Numbered from the stretch's first letter, positions 31,131 to 41,413 are shown. The stretch: DNA of 64,000 nt from Bacteroidota bacterium (GCA_023442525.1 JAEZZA010000020.1:100776-164775); one strand, 5' to 3'. Program-made: numbers and translations. Notes: generated from the letters alone by a model not told the origin.

Positions 31131-31848
31131 ATTTCACCGGATCATTGGGATCGAATTCTTTCAGCCGGCTGGTTAATTCATTCACCGCCTGCCAGTCGTC
31201 ATTCTTTCGGTTAAGCAAACCTAACCTTCGTGCGGTACGGCCTGTATGAAGGTCTAGCGGGATTGATAGCCACGAAGGACTTATCTCCTTCCACAAACCA
31301 AAATCGACACCTTTTGAATCATCACGAACCATCCACCTGAGGAACATATTCAGCCGTTTGGCCGATGAGCCTTTTTGCACGTTTGGCACATGTTTTAAGG
31401 TTCGTGAAGGATATTCTTTTTCGAAAAATACAGATCTGAAGGATGCTATTGCTGTTCCGGCATTTTCACCGGTCTTAAATCCGGCCATAAAAACAGTCTT
31501 TAGTCCTCCTTTATTCTGATAGATATTCCTGAGTGAATGCAGGAAATAGATGGTGTCGGTTGCATTAAATGTCCGGTGACAAAAATTTTCAAACCTGGAA
31601 AATTCTTTTGACCGGGCATGGGTAATAAATTCGAAAGGACTGTTGTCCATAAGATTCATTAATTCCTTTGATTTGTTGATGATAGTTTTTCGCTGTCCCC
31701 ATGCCAAAGTGGCTGCAAGGAAGCCAGAAATCTCTATATCTTCGGGATTTATGAAAAGATGCGGGATTTGTATGGGATCAGATTCAATGAATTCCGGACG
31801 GTTATAAAGTTCAACTTTCTCATCGAGGTAATCTTTAATTCCTTCCAT
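31093..31848 (-). CDS. TIGR02757/DUF2400 family protein
   Basis: 251 aa. I recognise the N-terminal LDEKVELYNRPEFIESDPIQIPH and the later LAWGQRKTII / PLDLHTGR segments as this conserved Bacteroidota family. Confidence 0.65.
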   Translation of the reverse strand: MEGIKDYLDEKVELYNRPEFIESDPIQIPHLFINPEDIEISGFLAATLAWGQRKTIINKSKELMNLMDNSPFEFITHARSKEFSRFENFCHRTFNATDTIYFLHSLRNIYQNKGGLKTVFMAGFKTGENAGTAIASFRSVFFEKEYPSRTLKHVPNVQKGSSAKRLNMFLRWMVRDDSKGVDFGLWKEISPSWLSIPLDLHTGRTARRLGLLNRKNDDWQAVNELTSRLKEFDPNDPVKYDFALFGISIFE

Positions 31849-31882
31849 TTTATTCCAAACCTCAAACCTTAATACTTAAACC

Positions 31883-32539
31883 TCACACCAATACCCCATC
31901 GTGCATGGTAATTGTCCTGTCGCTCATTCCGGCCAACTCATTGTCATGTGTAACAATCACAAAAGTTTGGTTAAACTGATTACGCAGGGTAAAAAACAAT
32001 TCGTGCAATTCCTTTTTGTTTTGTGAATCGAGGTTTCCCGATGGCTCATCGGCCAGTACAACGTCGGGGTTGTTGATCAAAGCCCTTGCAACAGCCACAC
32101 GCTGCTGTTCTCCACCCGATAGTTCATTGGGTTTATGATCCGTCCTGGATTTAAGACCGAGAAAATCGAGTAATTCGTGTGCCTTCTTCTGGGCTTCGGA
32201 TTTGGGTGTTCCGGTAATAAAAGCGGGAATGCAAACATTCTCGAGTGCAGTGAACTCCGGGAGCAAATGATGGAACTGAAAAACAAAACCAATATGACTG
32301 TTACGAAAACGGGCCAGCTCTTTATCGCGCAGATCATTAACCCGTGTACCGTTTATCAGGATTGCCCCTTCCGAGGGTTTCATTAATGTACCGGCAATCT
32401 GCAGGAATGTTGTTTTGCCTGCACCGCTGGCTCCGACAATGGAAATAATCTCACCTTTTTCAACAGTTGTGGTAATTCCCTTTAAAACCTGAAGGTTGCC
32501 GAATGATTTCCGGATGTCTTTGGCTTCTATCAGGGCCAT
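31883..32539 (-). CDS. lolD: ABC transporter ATP-binding protein, LolD-like
   Basis: Walker [10 protein letters not shown], signature [15 protein letters not shown], Walker [13 protein letters not shown], 218 aa. Confidence 0.75.
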   Translation of the reverse strand: MALIEAKDIRKSFGNLQVLKGITTTVEKGEIISIVGASGAGKTTFLQIAGTLMKPSEGAILINGTRVNDLRDKELARFRNSHIGFVFQFHHLLPEFTALENVCIPAFITGTPKSEAQKKAHELLDFLGLKSRTDHKPNELSGGEQQRVAVARALINNPDVVLADEPSGNLDSQNKKELHELFFTLRNQFNQTFVIVTHDNELAGMSDRTITMHDGVLV

Positions 32540-32569
32540 AACTGAATTATATGCGGTTATTTAAGCGGA

Positions 32570-32956
32570 TCATTCCTTTTCTTCTGCTTCATCCACATCC
32601 TTTTTAAATTCTTCAGCTGCTCCATCGACTTCTTTTTTAAATTCAGTTGTTGCTGAATTGATGGTGTTACTGAAGTCTTCCGTTGCCTTATTAATATCGG
32701 ATGTGATGTCGCTTGTAATTTCAGTGATATTTCTTCTGATACCGCTAACACTTTCACTGATCTCACGGGTTATGCCATCGGTACTCTGGCTGATTTCCCG
32801 CTTAATATCATCGGTAGCCCGCTTGAATTCGCGTAATCCCTTTCCCAATCCCTTTGCCATTTCCGGTATTTTATTCGATCCGAACAAGAGGAGAAAGACC
32901 AGAACTACAAGAAATATTTCGCCTCCGCTGAGAAATAATATGATTAATGGATACAT
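32570..32956 (-). CDS. tatA: Twin-arginine translocase TatA/E family protein with an extended repeat tail
   Basis: Start placed at MYPLIILFLSGGEIFLVV. TM helix plus hinge/amphipathic helix LLLFGSNKIPEMAKGLGKGLREFKRA. 128 aa instead of the usual ~60-90. Confidence 0.8.
   Translation of the reverse strand: MYPLIILFLSGGEIFLVVLVFLLLFGSNKIPEMAKGLGKGLREFKRATDDIKREISQSTDGITREISESVSGIRRNITEITSDITSDINKATEDFSNTINSATTEFKKEVDGAAEEFKKDVDEAEEKE
32582..32812 (-). repeat. Seven consecutive 11-codon (33-nt) periodic repeats encoding the TatA tail
   Basis: DDIKREISQST / DGITREISESV / SGIRRNITEIT / SDITSDINKAT / EDFSNTINSAT / TEFKKEVDGAA / EEFKKDVDEAE. Hydrophobic residues are fixed at positions 3 and 7. Confidence 0.85.
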
Positions 32957-32996
32957 ATACTCAAATTGATCATGCAAATATAACAAAGAAGACAAG

Positions 32997-33025
32997 AAAA
33001 AACCCCGGTCACGAGCCGGGGTTTT
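32997..33025 (-). terminator. Rho-independent terminator downstream of secDF
   Basis: The minus strand reads GAAAACCCCGG-CTCGTGA-CCGGGGTTTTTTC. Confidence 0.75.
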
Positions 33026-33045
33026 CGAATTTCATTTATGTTTTA

Positions 33046-36000
33046 TTATTTGGCAGATGCCTTTATTTCTTTATTCTTACGCGTATCATAAACCAATGCT
33101 GTGGCAATAAATACAGTAGAATAAACTCCGGAGAAAAGACCAAGCAGAAGTGCAAATGCAAAGCCCCTGACGCTCTCACCGGTGTAGAAGAATATAATGC
33201 CAACTGTGATCAACACCGTAAGTGAAGTAATAATGGTACGACTGAACGTGTCATTTACCGCCTTATTCATCAATGTAGCGTAATCCATCTTGGGATGAAG
33301 TGCTTTATACTCCCGGATACGGTCGAATATAACCACCGTGTCGTTTACCGAGTAACCGATAATGGTAAGAATTGCAGCAATAAACGTTTGATCCATCTCC
33401 ATTGAGAAAGGCATTAAACCGTAGAGTAATGAGAACATGGCTATTACAAAGAAGGCATCATGTGCCAGAGAAGCCATCGCTCCGAGTCCGAAGCTCCAGT
33501 TACGGAACCGTAATCCGATATATAGGAACATAAAGAAGAGCGATATAATAAGAGCTATAAACGAATCCCTCTTGATATCCGCGGCAATCGTCGGCCCTAC
33601 CTTCTGTAGTCCCTGTACATTTTCTCCTCTGAATTGTTCAAAAGAGACATTCTCTGGTAATAATGACTTAACCCCATTATAAATTTTCTGTTCGATTTCA
33701 GTTTCAACCTCGGAATCCTCAGATTCAACACCATACTTGGTAGTTATCCTTACCTTATCTTCACTGCCGTAAGTAATAACGGTAGGACGCATACCGAGTT
33801 CGGATTCAATCATATCAGCAACATCCTGGTTATTTACAGGTTTATCAAACTGTACGATATAATTGCGTCCGCCGGCAAAATCAACACCCTCATCCAGACC
33901 GCGAACGAAGAGTGAAATGACACCAATTACTATTATAACTGAAGAAATAGTATAAAAGACCTTACGGTTCTTGATATAGTTAAGATTGATATTCTTGAAT
34001 GCACCAGTCGAAAGTTTTGTTGAGAACGTAAGTTTGTAACCTTTATCAAGCATTATTTCAAATACCAGTCTGCTGATGAATATGGCAGCAAACATAGAAG
34101 TAATGATACCTACTACGAGAGTAGTTGCAAATCCTTTAACAGGTCCTGTACCCAGGAAATAAAGTATTATTCCGGTGATAAGTGTTGTAAGGTTACCATC
34201 GACAATAGCCGACAATGCATTTTTGTAACCGTCGGCAACTGCCATTCGTACGCCCTTACCTGCGGAAATTTCTTCACGGATACGCTCAAATATAAGTACA
34301 TTGGCATCTACCGACATACCAATTGTAAGCACAACGCCGGCGATACCCGGAAGGGTAAGCACAAGGCCGAGTGAGGCAAGCACACCAAACAGGAAGAACA
34401 TGTTGAGGAAAAGTGCAATATCCGCTACAACTCCTGCCCTTCGTGTATAATAGAAAATCATGAAGGCGAAAATCAACACAAATGATATGAGCAGTGAGTT
34501 CATACCTGAATTGATAGATTCCTTACCCAGCGAGGGTCCGATTACTTCTTCCTGGATTATTTTACAGGGTGCGGGCATGGTACCCGATTTCAGAAGGTTT
34601 GCAAGGTCAGCTGCTTCTTCAGGAGTGAAATGTCCACTGATCCTTGAACTTCCATTTGGAATTTCTTCATTAACTCTTGGATAGGAATACACGTAATTAT
34701 CCATAACCACGGCTATGATCTTACCAACATTCTCCCGGGTAAGTCTGGCCCAAATCTGCGTTCCCTGAGCGTTCATGTCCATCGACACAAAAGCTTCCGC
34801 AGTGTTCTGGTCGTATTCATTAACCGCGCGGGTTATAACGTCACCGGTAAGCGGAGCCCGATTATCGCGGCTCGTTACTTTTATGGCATGTATCTCAAAG
34901 TAATCGGTTGATTTGCGTGAGTTCGGATTCTGGATAGGCTTGGCCGACCACAGGTATCTGAAATCGCGTGGGAACATACCACGTTGCATACCCAGCCTTA
35001 GATACTGATTAACTTTTGCGGTATCCCTGAAATGAACCTGACCAAATACCGATCCGGGGATCAGCTCATTATTCTGTGTTACATAGGGGATCAGAACGGT
35101 GAAAAGCGGATTTTCTTTGAAAAATTCCTCGGCAGTTGCATTTGAAGCAGTATCTTCAGTACCTGAAGCCGGGTCGCCTGTTAACTGCTCGAGCAAAGAC
35201 GGTTCACCGGCACCTGTGGAATCAGTAGGAGTTGCTGATACTGTGCTCTGTGTACCTGAAACAGCTGCAGGGCTTCCTGAAGTTGATGTTGAGGGAGTTG
35301 TATTCTTGTTGATTTCTCTTACATAGTCGTTCAGCGACATTAAACCATTGCGGATTACTGCATCGGTATTGTCGTAGGTCTCCCAGAATTCAAGCCGGGC
35401 CGCACCCTGCAAAAGCTTACGAACACGATCTTTTTCCGATACACCCGGTAACTCAACAAGTATCCTGTCGCCGCTCTGAAGCCGTTGAACATTTGGAGAA
35501 GTAACTCCAAAATGGTCGATACGGGTTGAAATGATATTGAATGAATTTGAAATAGCTTTATCAGCTTCTTCCCGGATAATCCGCAATACTTCACTGTTCG
35601 GAGTATTATAATTGATACGTTCGCGGAATTCAGATGTGGTAAAAAGTGCAGATAACCTGGCATTGGGATCAACCTGTTCAAAAGCTCTTCCGAATAAGGT
35701 AACAAAATCCTCACCCGAGCCTATCTGGTTTCTTCTGGCAATTTCAATTGCCTTGTTGAATGTGGTATCACGGCTGTAATTGGCCATTGACCGCACAACA
35801 TCAACCACCGAAACTTCGAGAACTACGTTCATACCACCCTGGAGGTCGAGACCAAGGTTGATCTCACGCTCCTGGCATTCACGGTAGGTGTATTTCTTTA
35901 ACCACAAAAAATTATATACAGGTTCACTGGCAACCGAGTCGAGGTAATATTCGGCCTTCTTCAGATCCACAGCATTGTTTTCGTCGCGCGCATAAGCCTG

Positions 36001-36105
36001 CGCGTCCCTTTTTACTTTATAAGTAACCACAGTAAATGAAAGCTGGTAAATGCAAACCAGCACCAACGCTATAGCCAGTGTCCAAATGGCTCCTTTGTTA
36101 CGCAT
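33046..36105 (-). CDS. secDF: Protein translocase subunit SecDF (fused)
   Basis: 1019 aa. The N-terminal TM, large periplasmic domain, two 6-TM bundles and conserved LGLDLQGGM and GPSLG motifs are typical of the Bacteroidota fused SecDF. Confidence 0.95.
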   Translation of the reverse strand: MRNKGAIWTLAIALVLVCIYQLSFTVVTYKVKRDAQAYARDENNAVDLKKAEYYLDSVASEPVYNFLWLKKYTYRECQEREINLGLDLQGGMNVVLEVSVVDVVRSMANYSRDTTFNKAIEIARRNQIGSGEDFVTLFGRAFEQVDPNARLSALFTTSEFRERINYNTPNSEVLRIIREEADKAISNSFNIISTRIDHFGVTSPNVQRLQSGDRILVELPGVSEKDRVRKLLQGAARLEFWETYDNTDAVIRNGLMSLNDYVREINKNTTPSTSTSGSPAAVSGTQSTVSATPTDSTGAGEPSLLEQLTGDPASGTEDTASNATAEEFFKENPLFTVLIPYVTQNNELIPGSVFGQVHFRDTAKVNQYLRLGMQRGMFPRDFRYLWSAKPIQNPNSRKSTDYFEIHAIKVTSRDNRAPLTGDVITRAVNEYDQNTAEAFVSMDMNAQGTQIWARLTRENVGKIIAVVMDNYVYSYPRVNEEIPNGSSRISGHFTPEEAADLANLLKSGTMPAPCKIIQEEVIGPSLGKESINSGMNSLLISFVLIFAFMIFYYTRRAGVVADIALFLNMFFLFGVLASLGLVLTLPGIAGVVLTIGMSVDANVLIFERIREEISAGKGVRMAVADGYKNALSAIVDGNLTTLITGIILYFLGTGPVKGFATTLVVGIITSMFAAIFISRLVFEIMLDKGYKLTFSTKLSTGAFKNINLNYIKNRKVFYTISSVIIVIGVISLFVRGLDEGVDFAGGRNYIVQFDKPVNNQDVADMIESELGMRPTVITYGSEDKVRITTKYGVESEDSEVETEIEQKIYNGVKSLLPENVSFEQFRGENVQGLQKVGPTIAADIKRDSFIALIISLFFMFLYIGLRFRNWSFGLGAMASLAHDAFFVIAMFSLLYGLMPFSMEMDQTFIAAILTIIGYSVNDTVVIFDRIREYKALHPKMDYATLMNKAVNDTFSRTIITSLTVLITVGIIFFYTGESVRGFAFALLLGLFSGVYSTVFIATALVYDTRKNKEIKASAK

Positions 36106-36146
36106 TATTAGCTATAAATTAGTTTATAATAAATTTTTAAGTGCCG

Positions 36147-36154
36147 CAAATATA
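36147..36154 (-). promoter_or_regulatory. Candidate -7 box (TATATTTG) upstream of secDF
   Basis: The minus strand reads TATATTTG about 42 nt upstream of the secDF ATG. No clear -33 TTTG. Confidence 0.3.
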
Positions 36155-36229
36155 TAAAAATTTCCCGTCGTCGCTCAACAGACGTGATGAAATAGTCGGA
36201 ATGTTTAAGAGGTTTTAAGTGTTAAAGGT

Positions 36230-36802
36230 TTAAGGTGTTAACGAAAGCTTCTTCGCCTCAATAACAAGCTGCTCAAACCAGTTCTTGCCATACTTTCTTT
36301 CAAGAGCATCACGGGTAAACTGATATACCGTCGTATTCAAGGTATTACCGCGAATTATCGCAGGATGACAGATCTCCCATTTGTCGTAATTTACGGCATC
36401 GCTATACCGGTATTTTTTAATCCGTACCGGGTATAAGTGACATGACAATGGTTTTCTGAAACTGATCACGCCTTCATTATAGGCCTTTTCAATTGCACAA
36501 AAGGCAATTCCGTTTTCAAAAACAACGTAAGCGCATTCCTTTCCGTTGTTTAGAGGTGTAACCTTGTCGTTTTCTACATCAATTACCCAGGTACCGTATG
36601 TTTCAATAGTCTTAACCGATTCTTCGCCCAGGTAACATTTGACCGATGGATATATTTCTTCCAGAATGGCCGTTTCCTCATCTTCGAGAGGGGCGCCTGA
36701 ATCACCGGCCACACAACAGGCCCCTTTACATGCAGCGAGATCACAACTGAATTTCGATTCAATCAGATCATGACTGATAACGGCTTTCCCAATCGCCAGC
36801 AT
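36230..36802 (-). CDS. DUF3109 family Cys-rich protein
   Basis: 190 aa. N-terminal FSCDLAACKGACCVAGDSGAPLEDEE cysteine cluster characteristic of DUF3109. Confidence 0.65.
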   Translation of the reverse strand: MLAIGKAVISHDLIESKFSCDLAACKGACCVAGDSGAPLEDEETAILEEIYPSVKCYLGEESVKTIETYGTWVIDVENDKVTPLNNGKECAYVVFENGIAFCAIEKAYNEGVISFRKPLSCHLYPVRIKKYRYSDAVNYDKWEICHPAIIRGNTLNTTVYQFTRDALERKYGKNWFEQLVIEAKKLSLTP

Positions 36803-36967
36803 ACAAGTTTTTTTGCAAAGGTAAAAAGGATTAGTTATGATTTATGAGTTAATCACAAAACTTAAAATCAATTATAATTCGTAAATCGTAAATCAATAAT
36901 TAATTCACCCCCTTTTTTTCCACCTTCTGTCAATTTTTTTTATTTTTTTTGAAATTATCTCCAATTT

Positions 36968-37000
36968 TTTGGGGGTATGTTAGAATTTTTTGTATTTTTG
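36968..37000 (+). promoter_or_regulatory. Candidate promoter of glutamine synthetase III gene (-33 TTTG / -7 TATTTTTG)
   Basis: TTTG at 36968-36971, a 21-nt spacer, then TATTTTTG at 36993-37000, 28 nt before the ATG. Confidence 0.35.
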
Positions 37001-37027
37001 TACCGTCAACCTCTTAAAAAATAACAA

Positions 37028-39217
37028 ATGGCCTCAATACGATTTAATGCACTATCGGTTGCCTTCAACAGGGAAGTTGGGGGTTACTCAAAACCCAGGA
37101 TTCCGGTTTCTGAATACTTTGGGATAAATGTATTCGACAGGAAGAAGATGAAAAAATACCTTGCATCGGAAGCTTATGAACATGTTCTCGAAGCAATCGA
37201 CAAGGGTACTAAGATCGACCGGAAAATTGCCGATCAGATTGCTTCGGGAATGAAAGCCTGGGCGGTGGAAATGGGTGCTACCCATTATACCCACTGGTTT
37301 CAGCCTCTGACCGACAGTACCGCTGAAAAGCATGATGCCTTTCTTACACTTTCATCCGATGGTGAACCCATTGAATCGTTTTCGGGTAAGCTGTTAGCCC
37401 AGCAGGAGCCTGATGCTTCAAGCTTCCCCAGCGGTGGTATCCGTAATACTTTTGAGGCTCGCGGTTATACCGCATGGGATCCGTCATCTCCCGCATTTAT
37501 CCTGGGTACTACCCTGAGTATTCCTACAATATTTGTATCCTATACCGGCGAAGCACTCGATAATAAAATGCCTCTGCTTAAAGCTTTGCAGGCTATTGAT
37601 AAAGCAGCCGTTGACGTTTGCCAGTATTTCGACAAAGATGTTAACAAAGTAGTTGCCACGCTTGGAGTAGAGCAGGAATACTTTTTGATTGATGAAGCCC
37701 TTTACAATGCACGTCCTGACATTGTCCTCACCGGTCGTTCTCTCATGGGGCATGCTTCTGCAAAAGATCAGCAGCTCGAAGACCATTATTTCGGATCAAT
37801 ACCGGAAAGGGTGACTGCATTTATTGATGAACTTGAAACTGAAGCATACAAACTTGGAATTCCAATTAAAACCCGTCACGACGAAGTTGCTCCTAACCAG
37901 TTCGAATGTGCTCCCATTTTTGAGGAGTGTAACCTGGCAGTCGATCATAACGTGCTTTTAATGGACCTGATGAGAAGGGTTGCACGCCATCATAAATTTG
38001 CTGTTCTCCACCACGAAAAACCGTTTGATCACATCAACGGCTCAGGTAAACATTGCAACTGGGCTCTGGCTACCAATACCGGCGTTAACCTCTTTTCTCC
38101 GGGGAAAAATCCTAAAACCAATTTGCAATTCCTTACTTTCCTGGTTAACACCCTCAAAGCTGTTCATAAACATGCCGACCTACTGAGAGGAAGTGTTGCC
38201 ACACCTGGTAATGCACACCGTCTGGGAGCAAACGAGGCACCACCTGCCATTATATCAGCATTCATTGGTAAACAGCTAACCGATATGCTGAACCGGATTG
38301 AGAAAAAGGTGACCAATGAAAAAATGACTCCGGATGAAAAGATTGAGTTAAAGCTCAATATTATAAAGGTACCTTCCATATTGCTGGATAATACCGACCG
38401 CAACCGCACATCACCGTTTGCATTTACCGGTAATAAATTTGAGTTTCGTGCTGTTGGATCCTCGGCAAGCCCCGCCGGCCCAATGACCGTATTAAATACT
38501 GCCGTGGCCGAACAGTTGATTGAATTCAAAAACGAAGTGGATAAACTTATTGAAAAAGATGTCAAGAAAGACGAAGCTATCTTCCAGGTATTAAGGAAAT
38601 ATATTACCGATTCCAAGCCCATTCGTTTCGATGGCAACAATTACGGCGAAGAATGGAAAAAAGAGGCTAAGAAACGCGGACTTTCCAACATTATCAATCC
38701 CGTTGAAGCTCTTGATGCATACCTGTCCCCGAAATCCAAGAAGCTGTTTAGCGATCTCGACGTGATGACCGAACGTGAAAATGAAGCCCGTACAAAAGTT
38801 CGCTGGGATTACTATACCAAACGGGTACAGATTGAATCGCGCGTTTTGGGTGATCTGGTTATGAACCATGTTGTTCCGGTTGCCATACGTTATCAGACCG
38901 AATTAATTGAAAACATAAAAGGCCTTAAAGAACTCTTCAGCGAAAAGGAATTCAAAGAAGTAGCCGGAGCGCGTATTGAACTTGTGAAAAACATATCGCA
39001 ACATGTGAGCTACATCAAGGCTAAAGTCAATGAGATGATCGAAGCACGCAAAGTGGCTAATAAAATTGAAAATGAACGCGAGAGAGCATTTGAGTATTCA
39101 ACCAAGATATTCTGTTTTCTCGACGATATCCGGTATCATGTGGATAAGCTCGAACTCATTGTTGACGATGAATACTGGCCCCTGCCCAAGTACAGGGAAC
39201 TGTTATTTGTACGTTAA
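37028..39217 (+). CDS. glnN: Glutamine synthetase type III
   Basis: 729 aa, the size class of GSIII. N-terminal FGINVFDRKKMKKYL, and GVEQEYFLID / HDEVAPNQFE / NGSGKHCNW catalytic-core motifs. Confidence 0.9.
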   Translation: MASIRFNALSVAFNREVGGYSKPRIPVSEYFGINVFDRKKMKKYLASEAYEHVLEAIDKGTKIDRKIADQIASGMKAWAVEMGATHYTHWFQPLTDSTAEKHDAFLTLSSDGEPIESFSGKLLAQQEPDASSFPSGGIRNTFEARGYTAWDPSSPAFILGTTLSIPTIFVSYTGEALDNKMPLLKALQAIDKAAVDVCQYFDKDVNKVVATLGVEQEYFLIDEALYNARPDIVLTGRSLMGHASAKDQQLEDHYFGSIPERVTAFIDELETEAYKLGIPIKTRHDEVAPNQFECAPIFEECNLAVDHNVLLMDLMRRVARHHKFAVLHHEKPFDHINGSGKHCNWALATNTGVNLFSPGKNPKTNLQFLTFLVNTLKAVHKHADLLRGSVATPGNAHRLGANEAPPAIISAFIGKQLTDMLNRIEKKVTNEKMTPDEKIELKLNIIKVPSILLDNTDRNRTSPFAFTGNKFEFRAVGSSASPAGPMTVLNTAVAEQLIEFKNEVDKLIEKDVKKDEAIFQVLRKYITDSKPIRFDGNNYGEEWKKEAKKRGLSNIINPVEALDAYLSPKSKKLFSDLDVMTERENEARTKVRWDYYTKRVQIESRVLGDLVMNHVVPVAIRYQTELIENIKGLKELFSEKEFKEVAGARIELVKNISQHVSYIKAKVNEMIEARKVANKIENERERAFEYSTKIFCFLDDIRYHVDKLELIVDDEYWPLPKYRELLFVR

Positions 39218-39264
39218 AAGACAGTTGATGGTAAACTCCTGATTTTCCATTTCATATTCAAGTG

Positions 39265-39296
39265 AACCTGCCGTATTAATTCGCGGCAGGTTTTGC
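39265..39296 (+). terminator. Rho-independent terminator after glnN
   Basis: AACCTGCCG - 10-nt loop - CGGCAGGTT followed by TTGCTTT. Confidence 0.6.
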
Positions 39297-39321
39297 TTTC
39301 CTGTGTATATCTTCTTTTTAC

Positions 39322-39346
39322 TATATTTGTCATTATCGTATTTTTG
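39322..39346 (+). promoter_or_regulatory. Two overlapping-phase candidate -7 boxes upstream of the OmpA-family gene
   Basis: TATATTTG (39322-39329) and TATTTTTG (39339-39346), 54-71 nt before the ATG at 39400. Confidence 0.35.
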
Positions 39347-39399
39347 CATACGATCAGCGATGAATATCCGTTTATCCGTTTATAAAACCTGGATGAAAA

Positions 39400-41388
39400 A
39401 TGAGAGCTCTTAAATATTTCCTGATAGCAATTTCAATTATTGTTAGCACCAGTTCACTCTCGGCTCAGGGAAAGAAGTCGGCAAAAGCCTACACTACTTA
39501 CGATGCAGGGGAGTATTTTGCTGCAATTGATCAGTTTAAAGATGCCTATCAAAAAACGTCTGATAAAAAAGAAAAACTCAACATCGCTTTTCATATAGCG
39601 GAGTGCTACCGGCAACTAGACAACGCTCCGCAGGCAGCCCTCTGGTATGGCAAGGTTATAGCCAAGGATTACGACAATCCCGTGTCCATCCTCTATTATG
39701 CCGATGCACTCAGGATGAATCAAAACTATGAAGAGGCAAAGGCTCAATACCAGCGTTATAAAGAACTGGTACCCGACGATCCGCGTGGTTCCGACGGAAT
39801 ATTATCCTGCGATTTTGCATTGCAATGGATGGACCAACCTACAGGGTATCAGGTAGAAGAACTCAAATTCATCAATTCGAAATTCAGCGACTACAGTCCT
39901 GCTTATTCACGGTCTGATTACCAGGAACTTTATTTTACCTCGTCACGTGACGAAAGCGTAGGAAATTCCGAGCATGGCGGAACGGGACAGCAGTTTGCCG
40001 ATATCTTTTTTTCCACGATGGATAAAAAAGGAAAATGGAGTACCCCCGTTCCTCTTCCTGAACCAATTAACTCAGAGGCCGAGGAAGGAACTCCTGTTTT
40101 CACAGCAGATTATAACACCATGTATTTTACTCGTTGTAATGTGAGTAAAAGAAAAGCTCTCGGATGTGAAATTTTTACAACCTCCCGTAACGGAGACAAA
40201 TGGAGTAATCCGGAATCACTTGCCCTGGCCGAAGACAGTGTGATAGTTGCGCATCCTGCCATTAATGCCGATGGAAGTGTTATGTATTTCGTGTCGGATA
40301 TGGCGGGAAGTATGAAAACTCCCGAAGGCACAGCAAGTAAGGATATCTGGATGGCTACACGCTCGGGTAAGGAATGGAGCGACCCGGTAAATTTGGGGGC
40401 TCCGATTAATACGGCCGGCGACGAGGTATTTCCGTATTTACATGCCGATGGCACCCTATATTTTTCTTCCGATGGACATATCGGAATGGGAGGCCTCGAT
40501 ATTTTCAAGGCCGTGAAGTCAGACGACGGACAGTGGCAGGTTGAAAACATGAAATACCCGATCAATTCAGCTGCCGACGATTTCGGTATTGTATTTGAAA
40601 AGGACCGGGAAAGTGGATATTTCACTTCAACACGCAAGGGAAAAACAATGGATGATATCTACTCTTTTGTTCTTCCTCCGCTCAGGTTCACCCTGGTTGG
40701 CGTGGTGAAAAATGAAAAAACGGATGAAATTATTCCGGATGCCACAATAAAATCGATCGGGAGCGATGGTATTACCCTTGATACCAAATCGGGTAACGAC
40801 GGACAATTCCGTTTTACTCTTAAACCGGGTACCGATTACGTGTTTATAGCCGAAAAGACGGGATTCCTCAAAGGAAAAGAAAGAGAATCAACCAAAGGCA
40901 TAGGAAAGAGTACAGAGTTTAGAACTGAAATTTATCTTGCATCTACCGAAGCTCCCATTGAAGTTGAAAATATTTTCTTCGATCTTGATAAAGCTGATTT
41001 GCGACCGGAATCCATGGTGTCACTCGACAAACTGGTTGAAACTCTCAACGACAATCCGAATATTGTAATTGAACTGGGTTCGCATACCGACTCCAGGGCA
41101 TCTGATGAATATAACCTGGACCTTTCCAGGCGCAGGGCTCAATCGGTTGTCAATTATCTAATCGAAAAAGGTATTGATCGTGAAAGACTGGTAGCTAAAG
41201 GTTACGGTGAAACCCAGCCTAAAATGGTCGACAAAAAAGACCACGCAGCATATTCATTCCTGACCGTGGGTACGCAGTTGTCAGAAAGCTACATCAACAG
41301 CCTTGGCGATGACGATCGTATGGAAATGGCTCATTTCCTGAACAGAAGAACCGAATTTAAAGTGCTGAGATCAGATTATAAGAAGTAG
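39400..41388 (+). CDS. OmpA-family protein with TPR, PD40/TolB-like beta-propeller, carboxypeptidase-regulatory-like and OmpA_C domains
   Basis: TPR-like N-terminus; PD40-type repeats (YSPAYS..., MYFTRC, LYFSSD, GGLDIFKA); C-terminal IFFDLDKADLRPES...GSHTDSRASDEYNLDLSRRRAQSV. Confidence 0.85.
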   Translation: MRALKYFLIAISIIVSTSSLSAQGKKSAKAYTTYDAGEYFAAIDQFKDAYQKTSDKKEKLNIAFHIAECYRQLDNAPQAALWYGKVIAKDYDNPVSILYYADALRMNQNYEEAKAQYQRYKELVPDDPRGSDGILSCDFALQWMDQPTGYQVEELKFINSKFSDYSPAYSRSDYQELYFTSSRDESVGNSEHGGTGQQFADIFFSTMDKKGKWSTPVPLPEPINSEAEEGTPVFTADYNTMYFTRCNVSKRKALGCEIFTTSRNGDKWSNPESLALAEDSVIVAHPAINADGSVMYFVSDMAGSMKTPEGTASKDIWMATRSGKEWSDPVNLGAPINTAGDEVFPYLHADGTLYFSSDGHIGMGGLDIFKAVKSDDGQWQVENMKYPINSAADDFGIVFEKDRESGYFTSTRKGKTMDDIYSFVLPPLRFTLVGVVKNEKTDEIIPDATIKSIGSDGITLDTKSGNDGQFRFTLKPGTDYVFIAEKTGFLKGKERESTKGIGKSTEFRTEIYLASTEAPIEVENIFFDLDKADLRPESMVSLDKLVETLNDNPNIVIELGSHTDSRASDEYNLDLSRRRAQSVVNYLIEKGIDRERLVAKGYGETQPKMVDKKDHAAYSFLTVGTQLSESYINSLGDDDRMEMAHFLNRRTEFKVLRSDYKK

Positions 41389-41413
41389 ATTACCGATAAG
41401 TCAGCTGATTTGT

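Noticed and set aside
32658-32969. 103-aa plus-strand ORF opposite tatA
   Set aside because: It is generated by the 33-nt periodic repeat of the TatA tail. The TatA frame carries the conserved TM/hinge motifs.
35128-35307. Ser/Thr/Pro/Gly-rich ~60-aa insertion in the SecDF periplasmic domain (TTPSTSTSGSPAAVSGTQSTVSATPTDSTGAGEPS...)
   Set aside because: It is a low-complexity linker in a variable region of a clearly intact SecDF and shows no repeat register or motif. It is probably a lineage-specific disordered loop, and it also explains the 75-aa antisense ORF at 35099-35326.
36803-37027. T-rich/C-rich leader upstream of glnN (CCCCCTTTTTTTCC..., short CGTAAAT duplication) as a possible riboswitch or attenuator
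   Set aside because: I could not fold a convincing conserved structure and do not recognise a known glutamine- or nitrogen-responsive RNA motif. Most of the region lies upstream of the candidate promoter.
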